Shown here: positions 28,551 through 44,825 of the stretch, one piece after another
How the letters are laid out: every line of letters starts with the position of its first letter
How positions within the stretch are numbered: the stretch's first letter is position 1
Source of the DNA: Chrysomallon squamiferum
Lineage: Eukaryota > Animalia > Mollusca
Length of the DNA stretch: 64,000 nt
Assembly: GCA_012295275.1 (NCBI GenBank)
Contig: CM022676.1
Coordinates: 17,732,001 to 17,796,000, forward strand
Reading direction: 5' to 3'
Made by a program: the position numbers and the translations under genes
The notes under the pieces: model-generated
What the model saw: only the letters and a program-made list of their open reading frames with translations
Told to the model about the DNA's origin: nothing
Databases searched by the model: none

Positions 28551-29927
28551 AAACTTCGCGAACAGTCAAATATCAAAATACCAGATGTGCAGGTAGACAT
28601 CTTCTCAGAGTTTTTAAAGTATGTTAAAACACACTAACACACACACATACACACATAAACATACACACACACACACACAAACATACACAGACATGGAAAC
28701 ATACGTACGAACACAGTGAGGAAGAGAGACATAGAGACAGACAGAAACGTTGATAACAATAGAGTTTTTGTTAGTAATCTAATTATTTTCTAATTAATTA
28801 ATCTCACATAGTTATCTCACATTTAAAAATCTTAATCTACTTCTTTTACACAGATATCTTTACACGGATGACGTCGTCCTAACAGGCGACAACGTCACCG
28901 GTCTGCTGTATCTATCGAGAAAGAACATCATCACAACTCTTGAAGATCAGTGCACCAAATACTTGGAGTCGTCGTTGTCGTCACAGAATGCGTGCGTCGT
29001 GCTGGAACAAGCTCACCTATTTGATGAACATGATCTAAGGAAAAAAAAACTCTGGACTACATTTTGAAGAATGGCGACGAAGTTTTGAAATCAGATGAAG
29101 TCACCGATCTTTGTCACGAATGTCTGGTTCAGATCGTACGATCAGACGAACTGACAGCAGACGAGGAAATTGTTTTCGAAGCCGCTTTGAAGTGGGCTGA
29201 CAGCGCGTGCAGCAAGCAAGAGAAGACGAGTGAAAAAAACATGCGCAAAGCACTGGGAGAGGTCGTGAAGCACGTGCGTTATCCATTACTAGATCAGACG
29301 TATTTTGTAAAACACGTTACACCCACTCACATACTCACTGAGACAGAAGAACTCAAGATTTTGAAACACTGGGTGAGTAGTAATGAAGATGTTTCACCTT
29401 TTAACTCAAACATGAGAACTAAAACACAGATTACAATAAACAGGTTTGGTGCGTGTAGTGGATTATTTGATGAATTATATGGTTACTACTTGTCATGTTC
29501 TGGTAAAGAAGATGCCGCCATTACTTTCTCTGTCAACAAAAACGCTTTACTTCGCGGATTTCAGTTGTACTGTCACTATGTACCACGACGCTACGACGTC
29601 CGCGCCTTCGTCACTCACACAAGAACAGACGAAATACTGGACGGGTCTCCATTGACACAGAGATATGAAAACGTCGTGTCTCCCGTGTATGACGTCGTGT
29701 TCAGACATCCAGTGAAAATTGCTAAAGTAACTAAGTACAGCTTGTTTGTTAATGTTAAGGGAGGAGACACAGGGTGGGGATCCTGGGGACGTGAAGGTAA
29801 ATCAGAAATTGTTTTAGACTCTTTTGTTTGTAGATTTTCTGAGTCACACAAATCTAAACACAGTGACAGAAAATTTTGTACACCTGTGATAGGCGGACAA
29901 ATACCTGCTTTGTTATTTTTAGTGTAA
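28551..29927 (+). pseudogene. BTB-BACK-PHR family copy 3 (5'-truncated BTB exon, frameshift)
   Basis: Only LREQSNIKIPDVQVDIFSEFLK remains of the BTB exon (to 28618). The intron is at the same position as in the intact copy (28619-28853). Exon 2 is frameshifted at the A9 run 29041-29049, then stays open to GQIPALLFLV*. Confidence 0.88.
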
Positions 29928-31080
29928 AAAACAACATCGTTCAAACAATGTCACTTTTAGTCATCACTGGGCTCATATTTTTATTTATTTATTTATTTAT
30001 TTATCTTTGTTTACGTTTTGTTTTTCTGATGACGTCATTTGAAATATTTGATTTGTAATTGACTGACTTCTGTGAAACACGTGTATGATGTATATAAACA
30101 TATAATTTCTTATTTCTGATTATTACTATTTTTTATTTATTTATTTATTTACGCATTTTTATTTGTATTTTTTTTATATGAAACATAATATCTATATAAA
30201 TTATGTATGTATTACCTGGTTGATAGACATGAAAATAAGAACTGTGGTTTGATTTATTGATTCATTTTCTTTTACTAAGACTAGCAATTCTTATTTATTT
30301 AGTTATGGATGAGACTTAAAGAAACGTAACACAGATTAATACATTTTTATTTTTATTATGAATTTTGACTTCGTTTATTTTTGTGTTTTTGTTTAAAATG
30401 TAATCAGGTGAATACCAACGATATAGAAATAAATGTATCAGGTATTATGATTTACTTTTTGTTATTTATTTATTTATTTATTTCTTTTCTGCAACCATTG
30501 AGTAATAGTATATGTATATTTATGAGTATATATGTGTGTGTGTGTATACACACACACACACAAACAATACATACATGCATACAAACATATACACATATAC
30601 ATTAGCTTGCCTTAGGTTTCACCAACACTGATCATTAGTTAATTTTAAAAAAATAGACAATAATAAATAAAATGTTTTAAATTATTTCATCACAGAAAAA
30701 ACACACACACACACACATACACACACACACAGTGCACTCGGCAAAAAAGAACCTTGGACTAACCGAGATTTGTGTATAAACTAGTGTAGCAGGAAATCAC
30801 AAACCCTGTAAATCACAAACCCTGTAAATCACAAACCCTGTAAATCACAAACCCCTCCTAATATACCACACACATAGCAGTAGTAATGGTGTTTTTAATT
30901 GCATCTCACTATAAACATTCCTTCCATATGTGATTTTGTTATGAACAACATACATTTGATGTTAGAAATTTGTGCTTTTTGGTACATATTTCTGCCCAAA
31001 ATTACGTTTGTGTTTAAAAACGGTTTCAAGTACAGTATATCTGTTAAATTTCAACCAAAAAGTATTTCATCCCGCCTGAG
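29928..31080 (+). repeat. 3' flank homologous (inverted) to 14445-15384
   Basis: For example, GTGCACTCGGC-AAAAAGAACCTTGGACTAACCG at ~30732 matches the reverse complement at ~14723-14756. A 16-bp unit AAATCACAAACCCTGT is expanded at 30794-30854. Confidence 0.88.
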
Positions 31081-32191
31081 AAGAAACATTTCTTACAAAA
31101 GAAAAATGTTTTCATTTGTGTAAAAATACATTACTTCAGAATGCGAACGTCATTATACCAGGCAATTTTATAACTGACATTATAAATCTTAGACTTTTTT
31201 CATAAGACTAGTTAAACATCTAGTAATTAATCTATTTTTTATTAGTTCAACAAAATTCAGATGATGAAACAGTAATGAAACTGATATCTTTCGTACTGAT
31301 AAAGTAAGACTATGTCATTTAAATGTCGTCCACGATAGTTCTTATAATTAAAAATATGATATTAGTTTTATATTATTTTCTTATTTTATTTAGTTATTTA
31401 TTTTGTATTTACTTATTTATTTTATTGTATTCATTTATTTTTATTTTTATATTATTCATTGTTCAAGAGTTATTGGAAACAAAAAATATCTCCCAAAATC
31501 TGACCCCGAGAAGATAACTGCATTATACTAAACAGGCTTTATCAGCAAACAATTAAAATACACTGGTCAACGTTAAGTTAGTGGTCGTATAAAACAAACG
31601 TCTTTAACTTTAAGGGATTCTGGTGTTTACAAAAATGTAAGTCTTTACCGTTAAGATAAGGAGAGAATAATCAATTATCGACTTCCGAGATCGTGGCTCA
31701 GCGTTACTTTCCTCCATATTTGAGAGAGCACCACATTCGAGCAGTGTCTTCACTCACTAGACAATCTCAATCACGTTTACGTTACTTTGACTAAACTTCT
31801 GTGTATTTATTACTGCAGTAGACTTTTCGGATAGTTTATGTGAAGATAAATATAGTAATCAGTGTCCTACGTAGTTCGAGTTAAGAGATCCTATTTCTCT
31901 GTTGTATCGAAGCAAATAGAACATTTAAATATACTTGAAATAATTACAGCATAATGGTCAGTTGGTCAAACGTATAGCAATACAGCGATAATGTTTTTTA
32001 TGTTTCTCATTGTAGGTGAAAGCAAATGCTATAACATTTTATACACTGGTTGGAACGGCTGATAGAGCAACAAGGAAGTTAAATAAGAAGGCAGGGACAA
32101 ATGAAGAAAGAAAGTACGGAAGGAAGGAAAAAAGCAAAGAAGGGCGTAAAAGAAGGAAAGGAGGGAAGACACTTTATATTATTATTCTATC

Positions 32192-32259
<68 letters not shown>

Positions 32260-33300
32260 GATCATTATCATTATCATTATTATGTAAGATTTTTCATATT
32301 CTCTGGCTTGATATTAAAATATTTACTGATAGTATAGATGGTGCTATAGGATGCCAGAAAATTGAACATGGAGGCCACAAAGAGGGTAGTAAGAGGATGG
32401 CAATACAGGGTAGTATAGCGTTTTGATTTACTTTCATGGGTGTTACAAAGAGGTTTCTCTCTCAACATCAAATTTCACTTATTTCAGAGATCGATGAGTC
32501 GTAGAGGCTAATGCTTATTCATAACATTTTTAAACAACGTTTTATTACTCCAGGACGCTATTCGTTTTCATCTTAAATCAAAACTAACACCAGCCCTGAT
32601 TTAAATCTAACTTTAAATAGAACATTTCTGATATCAGTTATGTGGGGCATCAACTCTACATTTCTCCATCTAAACCTATGATTAAATGTACCATTAATTT
32701 ATTTCACACAGTGCAACCATAACACTGATCCCCAATAATTAAAAAAAATATTTATATAAGAATATAAATAAAAAAATAGCTAAATAAATAAATAATAAAT
32801 AAATAGATATATAAGTAAATAAAAAATAATGTAGTCTTATTAGGTTGCATTGTTTACATCTGTGTTATAAAATGGGAATAATAATAATAATAATAATGAT
32901 AATAATATAATGTAATGATAATAATAAAAAAAATATTAAATAAACATATCTATTTAATTTAACTGATTAATGCATGAACAGATGAATGAATATTGACTGA
33001 AAGAATCAGAAATCAAAAGATTGAAAAGAAAAAAAATAAAAGTAAATATAAATCAATGTATAAAATTAACTTAAAACTGTTCTTCTATTCGATCCTAATA
33101 ATTTTGATGGTGTCATAGTATAATACAATTAAACTTTGTTATATTTTATTTATCAGTTAAAGAGTGTTTTAACATATCTTGTTACATACAGTACAGTACA
33201 GACCACAACTTTTACAGAATGTGTAGTGATTTAGAGATATTGACAAGAATTCAACCAACGACCTGTCAGTACGAAAATAATAAGAACAACAATTATATGT

Positions 33301-33355
<55 letters not shown>

Positions 33356-33537
33356 CATATACATATATATATATATATATGTATGTATGTATGTATGTAT
33401 CTGTATAAAAAATTGTGTATACTGTAGATATGTACAGAAATGAGAACAGGTTCCTCCTGGGCGAAAAATAGCTATTAATTACTCGTTTAATAACTGACAT
33501 AATACAAGTATTAAGAAATATTTTACAATATCAAAGT

Positions 33538-34620
<1,083 letters not shown>

Positions 34621-34814
34621 CTGTGAGGATCTGATACATTAAACAGCGACCTTTATATTAGATTCTAAACGTCTAAGAACACGTTATTAATTTATATATA
34701 TAGTCTCTCTATATACACAAACTGACCATTCATACGTACATATCACTTCCAATGGAGGGTAATTTTCTTTTTAACGTAACTAACGTGTGTGTGTACGTGT
34801 GAGAGAGAAGAGAC

Positions 34815-34909
<95 letters not shown>

Positions 34910-35220
34910 AATAAATAATAGAGCCTCTCTTGACTGTATTTTATAATGTTGTGCTGAGAATAGATCATTTGTGATCAAGTTGTTTATTTAATGACGAAGC
35001 AAAATTTTTTCGACGTGAACAAGATAAACACGACGCTGAATATCAAAAAAAAAATTGTTCATTTTAGTTGACAACAAGTCAAGCGGGAAAATATATTTAC
35101 AGAACGAAAATGTATTCAGAAAAATCTTTCACACCGACAGACAGATCGAGACAGAAAGAGAGAGCAGAGAGACAGAGATAGAAGACGAGAGAATGCATTG
35201 AATATCAAGAGAGAGATAAT

Positions 35221-35274
<54 letters not shown>

Positions 35275-36746
35275 GCCTTTTTTTACGTTCAGAAGGAGAG
35301 AGAGAGCAAAACGTTCATTATTAAACATTTATTTACGTTCAAAATTTCAAAATAGTCTGTTCTTAGTTTTTTTTTTTTTTTTTATTAATGAAAATATGCA
35401 CAGAAATATTAAGTATATTTAATAAAATTTGTGTAATGTTCATTCATTTATTATTTTTATTATGTCAAAAAAAATATTTATTTAAGAGAGAAATATTGTC
35501 TGGTTTGCGTTTGAAACTAATTGTAATATTTATTTTCTTTATATAAAATCGTCGGAATAACTTTGTTTTAAAGTCATATACTCCCATTGAAGTAAACTGT
35601 AACATTGTATATTATATAACACAATTGTTTTTATATCTCTTTGTCAGAAACGAAAAGGAAACATTAAGTTTCAAATAAAATGAAACAGATATCTGCTTGG
35701 CGTCATCTTAAGTACAATACGTCAATGTTTAATATTTAACCTGTTGAACGGGATTCACCGAATTATCCGCCGCAAAAATATTTCTCTGAACTGATGAAAC
35801 ATTGGCCGTGTTTTCCGTGTTTAGACTACGCTGTTGCCTAGAAACAAAGCAGCCTGTATGTGACGTCATGTTATCTTAGATGTGCATACTCGGGAGTAAG
35901 CGCGCAATTCAGTTCAGATTTATTATGTTCGATTTACTGAATCATCGGCGAAGAAATGTCAGATCTTGGATCAAGTTTTCTTGGAAGTATTTTGCGTGGG
36001 GTGTCTGTTTACATTTTAAACACAAATTAAATACAAAAATAAACGAAGTAAAAATTCATGATAAAAAATACAATTTTATTTATTTATCTGATTTCGTTTA
36101 TATACATCTTACACATAAACAAATAAATAAACAAACAGTTGCAAATTTTCTGTCTAGTACATTTTAAGTATAACATAATTTACTTACATGTGTTGTATAA
36201 ATCTTGACAAAGGAAACTGATAAATAAATTACATAACAGTTCTTATTTCCATGTTAAAAATCAGTAGATACCTATTTAATTTACGTACATTTTATATATA
36301 CACACGGGGTGCACGAGATATGTCGGAGAACTCTTCGTAGGAACCGACCTCAGGCGATTTTCGATGCAAGTCAGAATTACAACAGCCTAAGTCACTTACC
36401 TAACCTAAACCACCCTAAAATCATAGGAACATATCAGAAACAGAACTAAACCATAACAAAATAAAAGGGAGCACGTAATAATAGTACAGAAAGATGACAA
36501 ATGAAACTTTTTAATAACGTGTAGATTCACTTCTAATGTATTCACTTTCCTTTAGTTCGACTCTCTGTCATAGGAACAGTCTGCCTTTGTTTGGAAGACA
36601 CACTGAAGAATAAAAAGTCCCAAAATAAAACAAACACAAAAGTGAGAGAGCAGATGTAAACAAAACACATGGTACTCAAAGACTGTATGTTATATATATA
36701 TATGTTTATTTTTACACACATGGGAGTTATAACTATTTCTGTGTTC

Positions 36747-36824
<78 letters not shown>

Positions 36825-38411
36825 GCTTTTAATATTATTTTGTTGTTTATTTAGTTGCAGTCAAAAAAAAAAAAAAGAAAAACTAGACAACAACAAACCA
36901 CTTTGATAAAACAGTTGATTTTTGTAGTCTTGCTTTCACTATTTGTAGAAATATGATTCATTGCACAGGTTTTAATATTCACAAAAAAGTATATATATAT
37001 TTTTATTACTATTATTATGCGTATCGTTTTTCATTCGTACAATTTAAAAGACACATACTCTCGTCAGTTAAGGTTTCAAATTTAAGCAAGATTTATTTTT
37101 GGCGGGGTGAAGTGTGTTATTTTACACTGTCCATCTACAAACCAGTTGTTGTGTCTTATTAATGTCTTGTTACAGACTGTGACAGTCATTTTATAAAATT
37201 AATTAATTATGTATGCCAACTTAAAAACGTAACACCTTTGTGAAAAAAAAAAAAAACCAGAAAATAATAACAATTCAAAAACTAGAAATAAAACAAAAAT
37301 AGTGAGATAAATAACAACGTGTTAAATTAAAATTCTTAGAACACAATTATATATATGTTTTCAAGTTTCTAATGGTACTGACATAATATTTAATCTTTTC
37401 TTCTCAAAACGATGTAGACAAACAGATTAGAAAGTAGCTGTATTTCTAACAATACTTGGTATGTAATAATTAAGTGTTAGACTGGGAAATAAATTTAATT
37501 TGTCGACTGAGAATAATAACATTTACTGAATTAGATTAGCAACCCATTTTGAATTTATGTGATATTTTTTTTTTTCCAATTTCTTTTTTTTTTTTTTTTT
37601 TTTTTACGTACAATTTTTTTTCTGTAGGGTGTCTCAACCAGTTATTATTATTCTTGTTCTTTTTCTATTGTGTTGTTACTGTTCTTATTGTTATTATTAT
37701 AGCTATTATTTCATTATTGTTGTTGTTGTTGTTATTATTAATCCTATTTTCGTTGGTGTTGCTGTAGTTATTGTTATCATTATTATTATTACTTCTACTA
37801 CTACTACTACTACTACTGAATGACGCATTGTATAACATCTTCTATTCACAGATATAAAGGATAGTTTTTGACCGCTTCTGTCGTTAATACATCCAAACAA
37901 CAAAACATTATTACTGATATCTCAAAAACATAACTAGATACTATATTGGATACTTCGCCGGTGTTCTGAAGACACGTGTTTTTTTATTCAGGATATTACA
38001 AATCATAATTCGCGTTTTGTTTGCTGTGCCCGTTCGAGTTAGTTGGATCAAGGGACTGATTCACAATAATCAGAGAGGAGGGGAACAGGGCCGGTACTGA
38101 GGCTTCAGTGTTTTTAGGATTAGGAACAAAACCATATATTTTTGTGCCATTTTGTATTTTTGTTTGTTTGTTTGTTTGTTTATTTGTTTCTTTCTTTCTT
38201 TCTTGTTTCATTTATATCTTTTTTTTATATACTCGATTTTATTTCACTTTTCTAACACTTTGTTACCTATAAACAGAGAGATTTGACGTTTCCAGTGCTC
38301 AAAATAAATATTGTGACGTCATCTTTGTAAAACAGTTTACACTGCAAATGACTTTGAAATATGCACAACTTGAGTTTTAAAGTTAAAACAATAAGAACAT
38401 TAAAAACTTCG

Positions 38412-38478
<67 letters not shown>

Positions 38479-39121
38479 GTGTGTGTATGTTTGTAGATGT
38501 TTGTATATGTATACATGCCCTACCTCATTCATACGTGCAAACCAAGAAAAGAAATGTTACATATCACTACACAAATAAAGTATGTACTTATTATTGTGAT
38601 ATATTGATTTGATGTCGATAACAAGCAAATGAAACCAGAAATAAATAAAAACTGAATAAATAAATAAAATAAAAATGCTATCAGTTTAACCTTTAATAAG
38701 TGTCTTAGAAAATGTGTTAAGAAATAGTTGATAATATGAAAGCGATTCATGTCGAACATTAAACTTTATTACACACAGTGTCGTGAGAGAGTGACATTTC
38801 ATTTTATATCAAAAACAGAGTACAACGATCACTATCTTCACGTGTGTGAAAGTGACTGAAGGAAATGCAGTGTTATTTAAATAAATGATTCATGTTCAGA
38901 ATAGAATCTGTCGCCTGAATTCAGAGAGAGATAAAACCTGTGTGTTTACACTGCTATGTTTGTTAGTTTTCTCTGACTGAATTACATAAGTCTAAAAATA
39001 TCGTGTTTATAACACTCGTAGCGATTATACAAGAACAGCTGTGTTTAACAGAGACGTGTACTTCAGTGTGTCTGTCCGACTGCGTGCATAAAATAATACA
39101 AGACAATAATAATAAAAATAA

Positions 39122-39153
<32 letters not shown>

Positions 39154-39665
39154 TAACGCCAACAAGAACAACAAAAACGACAATAATAATAATAATAATA
39201 ATCACAACAACAGCTACTACAACAACAACGACATTTACAACAATAATAATACTAATAATAATTATTATCATCATCATCATAATGATAATGTCGTTTCAGA
39301 GTTGTAAAATTAATATGAACGTCTCACAAGGCTTCTCTAAATCGATATTATTAAGGAATTTATAAATAAATCTAACTCAAATAGGTCACCGCTAGGTGTC
39401 ATGGGAAGAAGTTAAAATGATGTGATCTTGAGTCTATAGCACTTATTCTTTTAGAAAATAAAGATAATAAATGACAGTTTCACGCGTCATAAAACATGAT
39501 ATAGTAAAAGTTCTGTTGACATTTAAGCTGATCTTAGATCTCTGGTTGAAAAGTAGAGAAAAATAGTGAAGAGGATCACACAGACAGATAGACTGTAATT
39601 CAAATTTGTCTCATATTCGACACAATATAAAATATCATATCAGGTTTTGTTCAAATTATGAACTT

Positions 39666-39865
39666 NNNNNNNNNNNNNNNNNNNNNNNNNNNNNNNNNNN
39701 NNNNNNNNNNNNNNNNNNNNNNNNNNNNNNNNNNNNNNNNNNNNNNNNNNNNNNNNNNNNNNNNNNNNNNNNNNNNNNNNNNNNNNNNNNNNNNNNNNNN
39801 NNNNNNNNNNNNNNNNNNNNNNNNNNNNNNNNNNNNNNNNNNNNNNNNNNNNNNNNNNNNNNNNN
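39666..39865. other. Assembly gap (200 N)
   Basis: Run of N. Confidence 1.
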
Positions 39866-41456
39866 TAGACTGTCTCCTGGGCTGATCTGACACTGGATTC
39901 TGAAAAAAACACAAATTATTTATATTAATGACCCTGAAAGAATTTATATAAAAAATAAAATAAGACAAAAACTTTTTTTTAAATAAAAAATAAAAATGAT
40001 AATACTAATATAATATAAAAATTAATTATGAAGAAACAGCAAACAAATCATATCTGAAAACAATAATAAAAAATAACTATCTGCATATCTATTTATTTAT
40101 ATATCTATAGTTAAAGCAAAAAATATATATATATGAAATAAACAATTTTAAGAAAGTGAAAACAACTGTCTTTTAATCTGAATGTCTCACCTGAATTTAT
40201 GTTCATATCATGTTCATCTTTTCACACTCAGTGCTTGAAAAACCCACATGTAATGAATGGTCAATTAATTCTGTTGTGTTAATGAAAACAGCTGAGAATG
40301 TAAACCTGTTTTAATGTGATCAGAGAATTCATGAACTTTTTTCTCCAGCACTGCTTCAGTACAGTCAATCTTCAGTAATAACACTGAAAACAGAAACAGA
40401 ATTTTAAACATTTTTTTCAAATAAATTCCATTTAATTTAAACAAATATTAATAAGTATAACAACAACAACAAAAATAATAAATCAAAAACATTATATATA
40501 TATAAAATAAAATAAATAAAAATTATTTTAAAGACCAAAAGCCAACAAAATATATAAATAAATAGAAAATGTATAAAAATAAAAAATAAATTCATGTGAA
40601 AACTCTGAGGTGTCTGCAAATGAGTAGTCATGTGTTGTGTTAATCTATTAAAAAAAGTAAAAAATTAGACAGCTTATCTGTCAGTTGTGTTCTGTATCAT
40701 TAACATATTAAAACTGTGAGAAAAAATATTACCACTGACAACTGCAGCTGCTGAACTCTGTTTGTGGACTTGAATATGCTAGAAGCAACCCAACAGAACA
40801 CAGCAACATCTCTGGGGATGGATTCAAGCTGGGTTCTGTCTGTGATTGGAATTTAGAGCTCACGTCAAATCAAACATTCCTGAAACAGACTTGAACAAAG
40901 TTTCAATAACTCCATTATCAACCAGCTCCTTTCAAGAACCCCTGTAATAAATATAAATATTTTTGATTAAATGTAATTATTAATTTTTATGAACAGTACA
41001 ACTAAACCAAAATAGGATGTTTATTAAATAAAAAAAATAATAATAAAAAAAAATAAAAATATATTAAACATTAATAAACAGTATTTTCACCAGTATGAAT
41101 AGTTTTCCTGCACTGTGAATTAATGTAATTAATACTACATTAGTTTATTTTAATATAAAATCTAAATCCTCAAAATAATAATTAAATAAACATAAAACAA
41201 ATAAAAATGTAAATAAAAACAAAATAACTTACTAATATATATATATATTTTTTTAGTTTATACTATAATATAGTTTGATATTAGGTGTAAAATAACTGAA
41301 GACATTAAACATTTTATAGAATATATATTAATGAAAACAAACTTCAAGAGTAATCTGTTAGTATATTAGTACAAATTTTCTTTTACCTAATCACTAAGAA
41401 CTTTAATTAGATGGTTCTAAATTTTACACTACTGTTACCAGAATATTCTTTGTATG

Positions 41457-41712
41457 ACCAATATGCTGAATCTTCCGTCACAGAGCTTGTGCACTGCTGA
41501 ACAAACATCTCCTTGAACTCATTCATTGCTGCACTGGAGACAGCTTTCTCAAAGTCAGTCTAGATAATCTGTGGCTTCAGGTTGAAGATTTCTTCTGCTT
41601 CAATCTTCAACAGTTGTAAGACAGAGTCATACATAGCTTGACTCTTGTTTTGAAGGAGCATGTAAACAAGAGGGTACATGATGTCCTGGAATTCTGCATA
41701 AAGATTGTAAAA
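41457..41712 (-). mobile_element. Mutator-like (MULE) transposase fragment
   Basis: FYNLYAEFQDIMYPLVYMLLQNKSQAMYDSVLQLLK...NLKPQII*TDFEKAVSSAAMNEF...AQAL*RKIQ matches the MULE domain motifs PLVYxLL.NK, DFE.A and QA.WRKIQ. Confidence 0.88.
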
Positions 41713-44700
41713 CCAGTGTGTCATATCACAATCTTTAAAACCTGCTGCAATGAGACCTGATGAATTGTCTCCCTTTTTTCTTAGATCATCTGAGAGTACT
41801 GGTCATCATGCAGACTGTACCTGTCAGATATAGAACTGCTACCTGTACAAGATATTCATAATCCTGAAATAATTTACAATTTATTAATTTCATAAAAAAA
41901 AGAGAAAATAAAAGTAAAGAAAAAAACAATAAGTAAATAAAGAAGAAAAAAGAGTAATAATAGTAAAAACAAGAAGAAATATTATGCTAATATTAATGTA
42001 TGATAGTTTCTTTGATTTTGCTTCTGGAGAGAGAAAATGCATCAATTACCACAAAATGCTTAAATAAATGTTTCTTTGTTTAAGAATATAAAACAGTTCA
42101 TTCACTGAAGGCAAGTTTGCATTTGTATGGTTATTGAAACAGAAAAGTATTCAGTAATTTTGTAATATAGTTTTCTAGTCATGATTTAAAACCATAAGCT
42201 TTTATATCATTTTATTTACATTGTTGTAAAATTACAGTAAACTGAATTTGAATAAAAAGATTTTTAGTTTAAACATTAAAACTTTGATTTCTAATTAAAT
42301 GAAATATCATTTCCTAAAAGAGAGGTAATACAGGGAACTATCACAACTAACTTTGCTGCAGAATTAGAAACACAATGACAACATTTCTAGGAAATCCACT
42401 CACATTTCCATCAATGAGGCCAGAGATCTTTCTGTGACATCTTTGAAAAGACCAAGAGGGTTTCCAGGGATGTCCACATAATCAATTATTTCATTTGCCT
42501 AACTTCTGAGTTCCTACTGATGGAAAAGAAAATTAAAATATTCAGTATAATAACAAATTCAGTAATAATATGGAAATATTTTTACATGCAAATAGATTTG
42601 TTTCTCTAACATGAAATTATTTATATTCTTGGATTAAAGTATTTTATTAAACATGAAAGGTTTTTAGGTTGTTATGACTTTTTTTCCCTTTGTAATTTTA
42701 AGATTCTAACTTAAGTTAGAAAATGTATATATATCTGCAATTGACTGTTATGTTTTAATTTCAAGGAAGGGTATTAATCATCATTCAACATTAAATAAAG
42801 AAAATACAAACATAATATTGCTTTAATTACAAAACAAGAACACACATAGATACAAGTTAACTATTTAACTTTCACTTTTCTTATAAATGTAATGAAAAGT
42901 AAGTGTAAATTAAAATATTCAAAATAATAAATGAATAAATAAATATTAAAAGAAATAAAAGAAAAGCTAATATTATAATATACTGCACAAATAATTTAAT
43001 ATTTTTTTTAAAATGAAGATTTAAAATTTGTTTTTTGATATTTATAGAAGCTCAATTTCTGTATTGCAATAATACAACATACTAGGGGTATAGGAGGTAG
43101 AGGAGGGTAAGGAATAACAATAATAACCATAACTCAGGAAGAAAGAAACAAGATGGGTTTCACATCAAACAATTCAATAACAGACACAGTGACACAGAAA
43201 GATTAAATATAAAAACTATTGTAAGACTGACATCTCCAAAGAGGAGAAACTGACCCAGGTTGATTATATCAACACTAATGACACTGAATAAACCATCGGT
43301 TCATTTTACTGATATATTTTAGAAAAACAAAGTCATTCTTGTGCATGTACTACTTCTTTGCTGACATCTACATGTTGGAAGATCAACTAGGAGTGGCTGT
43401 TATTTCTCATCTCACAGATTTCACCTGTTATAAGGCCAGTGAAACAAAACTGTGTGACAAGGTTTTGAGAATGAAAACAAATAAACTCATTATGACTATT
43501 ATAAAATACTTCCAAACTGAAAATGAGAAAACAACAATTTATAAATAAAGTAATGCAGTGCATCAGATAAACACTTTTGTAATATTTTTACACTAAATAA
43601 TACATACTTGACCTGGGACAGTAACATCAAGGACATTTCAGTATTGTTGCCTTATAAAACACCCCACTTCTTAGGGATGGTTCTGTATATAAAACAGCTG
43701 ATCCATAAATCATTTAAGAGATTCTTCAGTTCTAATTATATAACTGGAAAGTAATATTTAAACAAAACCAATTAACTTCAGTTTGGCATTTTCTTCTTAA
43801 GCTCAGTTGTTTTCTAACAGGGTTTCAACTTTCTTTCACAGAAATACATTAATATCTAGTAGATTCCCTGATGGGCATGATTCCATTTTTTCTAATCCTG
43901 GGATTATAGAAATGAACAAGAAATATCCTAAAAATACTAGCATATGAAAATTAACATACATATAAAATGCAATGTGGTAACCTTGAACTTCTGTAATCTC
44001 CACCAATTTTTACAGGTAGCACAGAAATACTACTACTTTTGTCAGTTACAAAGAAATGACCTAGACATGCATAACAATGAAAATACTAACATAAACATAG
44101 CAAAAAGTGTGATTTTATAAATGTGGTATTACCCTACATTTTAACATTTTATTCCATATTGTAGCATTTATCTTTTAATTAATCTGTATTGAATAATAAC
44201 AACAACTACAACAACACCATCAGTAATAATAATAATAATAATAATAAAGCAGTGTACTTCTATGTATTCACTTATAATGACATGTGGTCCAGGATTACCA
44301 AAGTCTCAGTTTACCTCTAATCACATAAAACACACAGTTTTGTAAGTAGTCACATAAGTAACACTTACTCCATACAACCAGTGTCACCAGCTGCACAGAA
44401 ATAATGAATATGTAGCAGCTGTGTTTACTGAGAAAATACTCATTTGTAAATGTATTTCTATGTGAAGATTAACACAGATCATGTTCATTATTATAGATTG
44501 TAACAATAACTACTTAAACATACATTTACTAAATTGTGCTCTGGTATATTCAGTATAAATGAAACTAAAAACTGTACATTACAATGTGAAAAACAGTCAC
44601 TTTTTCAATTGCTCAGAAAGTTTCACATTTAAGAATTTCTGATACAGGATCCTCTAGCTGTATATAAAATAGAAGTCAGTAGCATCCATGTTTTAAACAC

Positions 44701-44825
44701 AAACTGAGGTTATTTGTAAGAAACATATTACTTCTTGGTTTTCAATAAAATTAAAACTGGAATTAATTTTAAAGCTCAAGTTATAAAAATCAAAAATAGT
44801 TTAAAACAACTTATTTCAAATTTAC

